32,000 nucleotides of DNA from Zygophlyctis sp. KS116 (taxonomy: Eukaryota > Fungi > Chytridiomycota). A program made the translations under genes and the position numbers. Positions 22,871 to 32,000 of the stretch are shown here, piece by piece. Each line of letters begins with the position of its first letter. The first letter of the stretch is position 1. Under the pieces are notes generated by a model that did not search any database, was not told the origin of the DNA, and was given only the letters and a program-made list of their open reading frames with translations. Where the stretch lies: assembly GCA_054661495.1 (NCBI GenBank), contig BAAFSQ010000009.1, forward strand, positions 1 to 32,000. Reading direction: 5' to 3'.

Positions 22871-24381
22871 TTAGTAAATAATAGAAAAGAGCATCATCAA
22901 AGCGGCAAAACCAACTTTTTCTGATTGTGCAACTGAAGAGCTAAGTTCCGTCGTAGCTGCTGGATTCGTATACTGGCCATTTTGGATAATACTTGGTATA
23001 ATTTGATCTCCTTCACGTCGTAATTCCTGAATAGGCTTCACTCCTACATATGCACGGGATTTTTCTAGAATCGAATTGTCCACAAAATTTCCCCCCGTTT
23101 CCACTTTCTCTTTAACAGATTTTTTAATGCTATTTGCTCTCTCGTGGACCTCCTCTGATTTGTTTTTGAAAGACATTCGAAGCCATTCAGGAGAAAGATC
23201 AAGCGTAAAGTTTTTGAGGTTTTGCGAATTAACTCCGACTGTAGTTGTTGGAAGAGAAGCATGAGTAGTAGTAGTAGTAGTAATACCTATAGTTGAAGTG
23301 TCTGCACTTTTTGAATTTGTTACAGTGGTAGAAGATACACTAGAGGATGGAACACTCGCAAATGATCCAAAAGAAATTTTAGTACTGCCGACAGTCGAAG
23401 CCCCCCCAATGGTTGAATTTGTAGCAGTGGTAGAAGATACAGTTGTGGTTGGAATTTTCACAGAGGTAACAGTAGAGCTTGTAGAGTTAGAGGAAGCTGA
23501 ACTAGATGAGGGTAAGTAGCTAACACAAATATCGTAAACATCCAATACATCCGCGATTGTGACATTATCGAAACCGGGAATTTTGCTATCCAACTTCAAT
23601 GGAGTATAGCTTTTTTCTTCAGAAAAATTGCCTTGCTTCCATAGAACCTGTGCTTGGAGCAAAGTATAATCAACATTGGAATGTACTGCGTAGAAAATTG
23701 GGTCAATTGGAGAATATTGCAATACGGCCATTTGACCTCTGTTTCCACCCACTAGATTATGAATCACTCCATGTGCATATTCTAACTGAAGACAATAATC
23801 TCCATAACCGCTCTCTTTGGTTTTGGTCCAGAGTTCGGCATAGTATTCTGTAGGAGGGGGATTTTGTGAAACATTACAATTTCTTCCTAAGCTACTATTG
23901 CAAGAGGGAAAGTTTATTCCTTTAAACCCATTAATAGTAACTGGACCTTCTTTTTCTCCCAAATATTTCCAAATTTTAGAGCTGCTCCATTGATCAAATT
24001 CCTTTCCAGTGTCCCAATAAAAGAATGCAAAGTCAGGATTGATTGTTTGAAGCAGTGTTTCAAACCATTTCAAAAAAAATCTATGAGCATATCCAAACAT
24101 GGGTGTACCATGGATCTGATGGCCTATTTCCATATGTTTAAGCATTCCAGTTTCCCATAGAGAAACGTTTGTCGCTGGATCAATCTTTTTCACAGCTTTT
24201 TCAATTGTATCCAAGTACACCTTCCATTCGGATTCTGTAAGATCTATTGTTAATTTTAAGTAAACACACCATTCATTTCCTTTCGGACAGTAATTTTGCT
24301 GCAGTTACCTTGATCATCGCCAGCTGCAGCAACAGCAATAGCATAAATTGCAATCTTCATCAACAATTGCATGAATTTCAT
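22871..24381 (-). CDS. Secreted tyrosinase-like protein 2 (tandem paralog), Ser/Thr-rich, putative GPI signal
   Basis: Signal peptide MKFMQLLMKIAIYAIAVAAAG; CuA HMEIGHQIHGTPMFGYAHR; CuB EYAHGVIH..SPIDPIFYAVHSNVD; C-terminus FAALMMLFSIIY. Intron 24244-24269. Confidence 0.88.
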
Positions 24382-24766
24382 TTTATTTAAGAACAGCGTA
24401 ATTCCAATGCGGCATGTACTTATGTGGTACGCCCCACCGAAGATGGCTATTTCTCCTTGGGCAAAAGTACTCTGCGGGATAATTGAATACAGATCCTTAC
24501 TCGAAAGAGATATTACAAATGTGATAGACCTTTCCATATTCAATAATTTTATATCATCCGAGCGCCCACGGAGAAATAATCTTGATTAATCATCTGTTTA
24601 ACATGATTTCGCCATACACGTGATTGCGGCAGCTGAACGGCAATCACAGTAAGCTTAAAGATTGTGGATAGTTTGTTGGTCTCCGTGACTAGATGCAAAA
24701 TTGCAACATTTAGCTGTGCATTCAATTGAGGCATGTACTTTTATTTCAAATATACTAATAGACGAT

Positions 24767-26418
24767 TCATTCAGATTCCTTTGCGTCTGCTTTATTTTTT
24801 TCGAGATGTTTAATGATAAAATAATGTATCTCCTTGTTCCACCAGTAACTAAAATGTGATCTTAAGCCGAGCAGATACTAAAATCAGTTTCGATCATATT
24901 TACCTGGTGAACATTATTGTCAATCAGTGATTCCTGAATGTAATAATCATATCTTTTCTCTATAATTTCAATCGGAATTTCATCATATTGGTTTGAATCA
25001 TTTGATTGACTTTCAAGAAATTCATTTTTCTCTTGTATATCAGGCGGAGAAGAGAGCCTATTTGAAAGGCTAGGCAATTTTCCCATTACTGGCGTGACTA
25101 TTCGATTATAAACTGAAGAAACAGTTTTTTGCATTACAGTTGCATATGTTACGGATGTTTGAAAGGAATTTGTATCAATTGGTTCTGGAGAATCTAAATT
25201 CGAATTAGATTCTATCACACTTTGGGATTCATCATTTAACAACTCTTGACCATGATGATGTTTTAGGTGAGAAACAGGTTGCTTTATAACTCTGTAATGA
25301 GAAGATGATCCATTTTTCTCGTTATGAAAATCATCATCTGTTCCAGCATCTTCATCCTCTCTCTTTCTCTTCAAGTTTTTAGGAGAGGTATTTCCAGACA
25401 CAAACATGTTTGAAACATTTGTAATAGAATCAATCATTGTTGAAAACTGTCTATTCAACGTTTCTTTTGCCATTTCCAGTACAGGAATATTTGGCAAGCT
25501 TATAGATGGCAGTGTTGGCAGCATGATAGAAATATCTGGAAACTGAGTTGTAAAAGCCGTAGATGCCATATAAGACGCTAATTGATCCTTGTAATAAGAA
25601 AACGTTGGTCTATTCCTTGAACATGGTCTTTGCAACAATATCGGATTTTGAGATTCATATTTTTCATCCATTAATGGTTCTATTCGATACGCCATTGGAT
25701 CATATAAATGAAAAATATTGAAAAATCTAGTTTCTGACGGTAAAGAATAGTCTGAAAAATTCTGACCTCTCATAACCAATACTGCAGCTATTGGAGATCC
25801 AATTGCAAAAAGATAATTCGGCTTAAATTTTAATCCTGGATAAATCACTCCATGATGAGCAGGCCTTGAACTCCCTTTTCTTGTTTTTTGCAACTGATTT
25901 GCTAATATATCATAAGAAATAATTCCGCCTAAGTCATTAGAATTTCATGATACAAAAACCAAGTGTTAAACATACCCAAGGAATGACCAAAAATTGCAAT
26001 TTTCCCCTTAAAGTTTGGATATTTCTTCATAAATTCAGTAAAAGACTTATTCATTGAATTTGCTACAATATCAATAATTGATTGACCATGATAACTAGTA
26101 AAGTAATATAATACATCTGCTAAAAAGTCATTATTTATCATCCGTAAAACAGAACAAGTTGGCAGAGTTATTTTCTTTATCCGATGATCAACCGACTCCA
26201 ACTGATGTAAAAGCGAATGCCATTCAATAGGCTCCCAATGTACCATTTCCAATTCAAAGTCTTCGGATATAACCTCTTGTGAAGTCCTTCTCAATTGGTC
26301 CAAGTTTTGTTGAAATTTCCCCAATCCTTCCCTAATATTATTCAGGTGTAGCGCACCATTGGTTTCCCATTCCATGAACTACAAAAATCAAATGCGACGG
26401 AACAGTAGTCTCAGACAT
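24767..26418 (-). CDS. DDHD-domain phospholipase A1
   Basis: HLIFVVHGMG, DVLYY, GHSLGG lipase motif, LFAIGSP, FNIFHLYDPMAYRIEPL, SHFSYW. Introns at 26332-26356, 25929-25975, 24878-24903. Confidence 0.9.
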
Positions 26419-26439
26419 TTAAAATTCAGTAAATTTATT

Positions 26440-27488
26440 TCAAGGAACGCAAGATCCGCTAGAAGCTTCCCAGACACTAAACCACTCTTCAGTCGTCAAA
26501 TCACAATCCAAAGCCTGGACTGCAGATGTAATCCGATCAATCTTATTCGTTCCAAGAACAATTACTGGCTTTGAAGGATGCTTCAAAATCCAAGAAAATC
26601 TAAAATTTACACCTATTAAATTACATCAATTGATCCACTGAAACTTTATGATTAACAGCCAAAGACTTTAACACCTTTTGTACTCTAATAACCTTTTCAT
26701 CCTGTAAATCCGTTGAAAACAAACGTCCTCCCTTCTATTTTACTATAAATAAATTACAGCCAATGGACTCCAAATCATTGGAGACATTCTTAATTCCTGA
26801 GCCTGATCAAGAGTTCCATCATGTAAAGACTCTAAATTTAGAGGATTCAATTCAATCTGATTAGTAACCAAAGAAAAATCTAAACGTGACTGTAAAAGAC
26901 TAAATTGTCTAGAATTGAAATTAGAAACACCAAAATATTTAACCTTTCCAGACTCTTTCAACTCTTTAAAAGCAGATGCAACCTAAATTTTCTTAAAACT
27001 TTCTTAATTACTTGATCTGCATCCATTAAACAAGAAGGTCTATGAATCAATAAAACATCAATATAATCTGTTCCTAGAGCTTTTAAACTATATTTACTAT
27101 TTCCTAAATTACCTTTGATCTACTCTTTCTAGTATATATTTACTAGACAAATCATAATGTTTTACATTTACTTGTTGACTTGGACAAACTATTCCACATT
27201 TTGAAACAATTTCCATTCCTGCTCTTAATTCAGGAGCTAAAGCCAGAGCTTTCCCCAACATTTCTTCACAGACATGATCTATTCCACCATAGATATCAGC
27301 ACAATCAAAAGTAGTAATTCCTAAATCCAAACAATGTTTAACTCTTTTCAATAATTCTAGAGGAGACTCATTGACATCAGCCAATCTCCAAGTCCCTAAA
27401 ATTACAAACAATAATTACCATAGACAAACTTTGAAAGACATGGACCATTGGGAGTCGTAGAAACTTTAGGAACAGTGAGTTTGGTCAT
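26440..27488 (-). CDS. Aldo-keto reductase, bacterial YdhF/YcsN-like
   Basis: GTWRL, GITTFDCADIYG, IVSKCGI, HYDLS, LGTDYIDVLLIHRP, GKVKYFGVSNF, LVTNQIELNPL, DGTLD, WSPLAGGRLF, EWFSVWEASSGSCVP*. Introns at 27396-27418, 27088-27112, 26983-27011, 26732-26757, 26600-26624. Confidence 0.9.
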
Positions 27489-27659
27489 TTTCAAACCAGT
27501 AACCACGGCCCAGTCTCTCTCTTTCTATGAGACTTGCATACAAAATACAGTAAATTTATGATTTTACTGTCGGCTATCGTTATTTAGTGAATAATAAATT
27601 GAATTTTGAAAGAGACTTTATTCTATAATTACAAATCTAGCAAGTTGAGCAAATTTCTA

Positions 27660-28031
27660 TTATGATAAACTGTTGATAGAGTCTTTTTCAAATTTGGATA
27701 TATATGCAATAATATCATTAGAATCTTTAATTTTGAATTCCTTACAATCATTAGATCTAAACTCTCTTGATTTGATTTCAAAAAGTCTTGGAATCAAACG
27801 ATCCAAAATATCTTTCCATTCATCTATTTTAGAATCAATTTTAAGAATCATTTCCTTTTTTAAATTCATAATTTCTTTATGATCTTTTCCATTTTCCAAA
27901 GAAACTTGATATTCTTGTCTAGTAAATTCCAATTTAAGATTTGTAATTGTATCTAGAATTTGACTAGAGACTAGAGACTCTCTCTTTTGGCTATGGGATG
28001 ATTTATTAATATAATCTCTTAAAAACTCCAT
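27660..28031 (-). CDS. Hypothetical protein (123 aa, charged, helical)
   Basis: ATG-initiated ORF filling the gap between LDH and AKR in a gene-dense region; no recognisable motif. Confidence 0.5.
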   Translation of the reverse strand: MEFLRDYINKSSHSQKRESLVSSQILDTITNLKLEFTRQEYQVSLENGKDHKEIMNLKKEMILKIDSKIDEWKDILDRLIPRLFEIKSREFRSNDCKEFKIKDSNDIIAYISKFEKDSINSLS

Positions 28032-28072
28032 CAGACTCTCTACTTAGTTTTAGATCAAGGAGCAAAGACTTG

Positions 28073-28991
28073 TTAAAACGCCTTTAAAATAGCCTTTGCA
28101 CTAGACTCTAAAGATTCAAGTTCATCAGGGGATAATGGTGGGTACAGAGTTTCTATAATTCCATTCTTTCCAATGATGGCTGGTAGACTAAGACAAATAT
28201 TGAATTTTGGGATATAATGTGAAATTGGTAAGACTGTATGAGAGTCTGATAAAATTATATCAATAATATCAGAAATAACTGCTCCAATTCCATAAAATGT
28301 AGATCCTTTTATTTAAAATTTTAAAAATATTACCTTTAGAAGCAATTATAGAGTATGCTTTTTTAGCTACTTTTGATCCTAATTGCTTTTTATCAAGAGA
28401 TTTAATTTCTTTAAAATCTAAAAGAGGAATTCCAGCAACATGAGCACAACTCCAAGCTATAAATTGAGAATCTCCGTGTTCTCCAAGAACAGATACATGA
28501 ATACAAGTTGGAGATAATGATAGAATATTTGCTAATTCATATCGTAATCGACAAGTATCTAAAAAAGTTCCAGATCCAATAATTTGGTTTTTAGGGAGAT
28601 TTGAGATTTGTTGAGCAATAGTTGTTAATACATCTACTGGATTTGCTACCAAGAGTAGAATAGCTTTGGGATTAATATCCATTCCAAGAATCACACTATT
28701 CAAGATTTGACGATTTCGATCAATTAGATCTAATCTAGTTTCACCGGGTTTTTGCTTTGCACCTGCAGTAATAACAATGATATCACAAGTTCCAGCTTCC
28801 TTGAGGTCTCCGACTTTAACAATTGTCTTTGAGAGATAAGCTGCATCAACTAAATCAGAAACTTCAGACACTGCTCGATCTACATTGCTATCAACCATTA
28901 TTAGAGTAGAAGCAACTCTTCTTAAAAGACATGCGTATGCTGCCGTTGACCCAACAGAACCAGCGCCGATAATCGCAACTTTTCTCGTCAT
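28073..28991 (-). CDS. LDH: L-lactate dehydrogenase
   Basis: KVAIIGAGSVG, ITAGAKQKPGETRLDL (Gln specificity residue), VANPVD, GSGTFLDTCRL, LGEHGDS, KGSTFYGIG. Intron 28306-28333. Confidence 0.93.
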
Positions 28992-29033
28992 TTTTAAATT
29001 TATTCGATTTTTATTAAAATAAAACAATATGCT

Positions 29034-29861
29034 TTACCATCCATCTCCCTGATCCTTCTCTTGAGATTCTTTTGGGGTCTGTATAGTTTGTGAGTCATCA
29101 TTATCCATTTTAGAATTTTTATCCCGCCGATCGCTTTTAGCTTGCTTCCCTTCCTTTAATTTCATTCTGTCGGGATGCATTCGGTCAGGATGACGCTTAT
29201 CATTATACACTCTTTCACTTCTTTCATCTCTTGAACGGTATTCTCTATCATAGGCTCTGGTTCTATTACTCCTAAATTCCATTCTATCCTGTCCTGATCT
29301 TTCATAAGGAGCTGTTCTTGATCTATTAACAATTCCAAAGTCTTTTGATTGAACAGTCTTATTTAATACTTGGGCTCTAGGTGAAGATCTAGATGTTCCA
29401 ACTGGTTTAGATGTTCCTATAATAGATTTTTGTGGATATCCCTTGACAGTATTTACCCAAAGAGAGTCTCCGATATTTAATCCAAGCTCACCAAGAGTTT
29501 TCTGTTCTTCTTTTGAAGATTTAAAATTAAAAACCATTCCTAAATCTTTATGAGCCAATTTTCCACTAGATGGTCTAACAAAAACACTTTTTACAGACAT
29601 TGATACAGATCTAGGGATAAGATCTGGATTTTCAATTGATAAAAGTGACATGACTTCCCTTAATGTAGATGATTTCCTATGGTTAATTATTATTCTTTCG
29701 TACCAGACATAAATGCATGTAAATGGAGAGTCTGAGATTTCTCGATCTGATAATGATTCATCTCTTCCAACCATATTTGTTTTATAGACCTTGAGCAAGA
29801 ATGGGGATATTGGCTAAAAGTAAAATATCATTAAAATTACCGGGTTCTCTGAACTGATCAT
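29034..29861 (-). CDS. SAP18: Sin3-associated polypeptide SAP18 (ASAP/PSAP complex) with an Arg/Asp-rich tail
   Basis: PFLLKVY, IYVW|KSSTLREVMSLL, KDLGMVF, KTLGELGLNIGDSL match the SAP18 ubiquitin-like fold. Introns at 29814-29840 and 29677-29703. Confidence 0.8.
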
Positions 29862-29973
29862 AATTTTTTGTGGCACCTACTCACACGGACAAATGTCGAG
29901 TTTTCTGACAGCTTTCTACACAAATGGCAATTTGATATCGATTTTATAATCGGAAATGTCATCTTAATAAACC

Positions 29974-30162
29974 ATGCCTTCTCAAGCGTTTAAATTTGTA
30001 TGGAGTTTAAAGTTTGGGACTCAATGTCCGATTTTGCATCCAAACTTAAAGAAAACTGAATTAGATTCTATGATTATATCGAGTATGAATGAAAATAAGA
30101 AAATCTTCAATGAATTTAAGGAATCTCAAGAGACTCTCTTACTCAAAGCTTTGAAAGTCTGA
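29974..30162 (+). CDS. Possible small hypothetical protein
   Basis: 62-aa ATG ORF divergent from SAP18; no motif; could be spliced differently. Confidence 0.25.
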   Translation: MPSQAFKFVWSLKFGTQCPILHPNLKKTELDSMIISSMNENKKIFNEFKESQETLLLKALKV

Positions 30163-30470
30163 AAGGGAAAGTGGAACAGATTAAATTTAAAATGAATTCT
30201 ATGTGAATTCAGCCTCTTTATTTGTTTAAGATATCGTTTTTAAGAAATTGCATTTTAGCTCACTGAAGAAACGACTTATTGATTAAAATATTCGGACAAT
30301 CTTGAGAAAGTTGCAATTAGAAATATTGTATGGAATAGAATAAAGTAGTATACTAGCATTGATAAAAGTGATCATACATTTAACGGAGTACGATATACTT
30401 ACACGCCATCCTCTCTAAAACAATGACTACAGAATAAGCTTTTAAGATTTAAATTTTTTCTTTCTAATAA

Positions 30471-31185
30471 ATGCTACAATCTTTGAGAAACTCTGAGCTA
30501 TCCAATCCTGTCTCCAACAGTAAAACTTACAAATCCAATCAGAGATCTCACGTAGACAAATCTACTGTTCTTTTAGATAAATCAAATGCACAGATTTTAC
30601 AAGAGCGTAAAATTGAAAAGATTCCAGACTCTGTCCGAAAGAGAAAATTACATAAAGCTCGTAAACTGTTTGTTCATTCAAATACTGAAAAGAATCAATC
30701 GGATGAGCATGAGCATTCTATTACTGAAAATAAGGAGTATGATGAGCTGGATTTGATCCTGATGGACATACACAAAGCAAATGTAGACAATTGTATCATA
30801 ACAGTGTTAGGAAATTCGTCTTCATGGACTCAATACTGTCTCTGATACCAAGATCGTGTCTGATATCAAGGGATCGATTGGACATGTTGAAATCAATGAT
30901 TTGCCTCCCAATTATAATGGATCGAAGGAATCAATTGAAATTGCTCAAATTATAAAGGGACCAAATCATATTTCTCCTCAAACTGCTAAATGCGATCCAA
31001 TTGTTACAGTTGATGATTTTCTCGTACAAAAAGACTCTGAAGATCAGTCGCTCGGCTTGGAATCTCAGGATGATTTGTTGAATGGAGTTGGTGAATTCGT
31101 TTGCATGGGAAAGTCAAAGCAAAAAATGGAATTTTCAAGTAGAATAAAGTTTACAAGGAAATTCATTAATGGTAAAAAGAAATAA
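30471..31185 (+). CDS. Hypothetical protein (two exons)
   Basis: ORFs 30471-30845 and 30856-31185 join in frame through a 28-nt GT-AG intron at 30783-30810; no recognisable domain. Confidence 0.6.
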
Positions 31186-31386
31186 AATGTAAAAATATTG
31201 CTATCCGAATGGCCCTATTAAACATTTAATAAAGCAAAGTGAAGGATATCATTTGATCTGATCTTCAATGTTGGTAGAAACAATATTCTAAATTGATCAC
31301 CAGGCAAGATGAAGAAAATATAAAACCCTCCCCTGCACTCCAGCCATTGATGGCGCTTCCAATCTGATTCGGACATCCCTTTGAAA

Positions 31387-32000
31387 ATGATTTATTTGAT
31401 TTATCTAATTAATCTCATAGACTCATTGGTTGCTTATAATATATCAGGATATCCTCTTGTTGATGTTATCCCTCCTATCAATAAAACAATGACAAGTTTA
31501 CTGCTTGGAAATATTACGGTTCCGCCATCAGGAGGTCCATCTTCTGATTATTCAAGAGATATAACCAATTGTACTGAATCAAATTCAAGGGTATTTTATT
31601 CTGTATTTTTAAAATAATAGGCATTAACTTTTGATGATGGACCAAGTTTGCTTACATCAAAAGTCCTAAAAACACTATCTGATCATAATATGAAGGCGAC
31701 TTTTTTTGTGATTGGATCAAACGTATTACAATATCCTGAAATTTTAATTGAAACATTTAAAGCTGGTCATGAAATTGGTATTCACACTTGGTCTCATCAA
31801 TCATTAATCGAATTAACAACAGATCAAATTGTATCAGAGATAATGTGGACGATTAGAATCATTAGAGAAGTCATTGGATATACTCCTAGACTTGTGAGAC
31901 CTCCATGTAGAATAATTTATTACTAAAGTTTAGATGGAGACATTGATGAGCATGTTCGGACAATCCTGAAAGCCATGGGGTTGGAAATAATTGTCTGGAA
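31387..32000 (+). CDS. Chitin deacetylase / CE4 NodB polysaccharide deacetylase (partial, truncated by window)
   Basis: Signal-like N-terminus; ALTFDDGP, KATFFVIGSN, GHEIGIHTWSH, RPPYGD. Introns at 31591-31620 and 31907-31933. Confidence 0.92.

Noticed and set aside
23262-23284. (GTA)n microsatellite
   Set aside because: Simply encodes a poly-Thr run in the stalk of tyrosinase 2.
24620-24647. 8-bp inverted repeat GTGATTGC-N12-GCAATCAC upstream of tyrosinase 2
   Set aside because: Short enough to arise by chance and not shared with the paralog.

Overview
AT-rich, extremely compact eukaryotic nuclear DNA, most likely from a zoosporic (chytrid-like) fungus. This is inferred from the centriole/cilium genes (CEP135, a CFAP97D-like gene) occurring with a chitin deacetylase, a fungal-type histone H3 and a fungal CCCH/CHY zinc-finger gene. 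About 24 protein-coding genes fill the window. The ORF track is fragmented because genes are split by about 79 spliceosomal micro-introns that I reconstructed by hand. All but one are 23-33 nt (one is 47 nt), acceptors are mostly TAG with more AAG than CAG, and one intron is GC-AG. Genes are packed with gaps as small as 5, 21 and 27 nt, and two convergent pairs overlap in their coding sequences. This suggests overlapping or polycistronic transcription. Other points of interest: a truncated gamma-SNAP paralog with a new amphipathic tail; a divergent second histone H3; a bacterial YdhF-type aldo-keto reductase carrying five micro-introns; a tandem pair of secreted, probably GPI-anchored tyrosinase-like genes with a likely gene-conversion tract, short uORFs and an intergenic 64-nt hairpin; a bifunctional LKR/SDH without an evident presequence; and a MOCS2B lacking a conserved Glu. 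All exon structures are manual predictions without transcript evidence.
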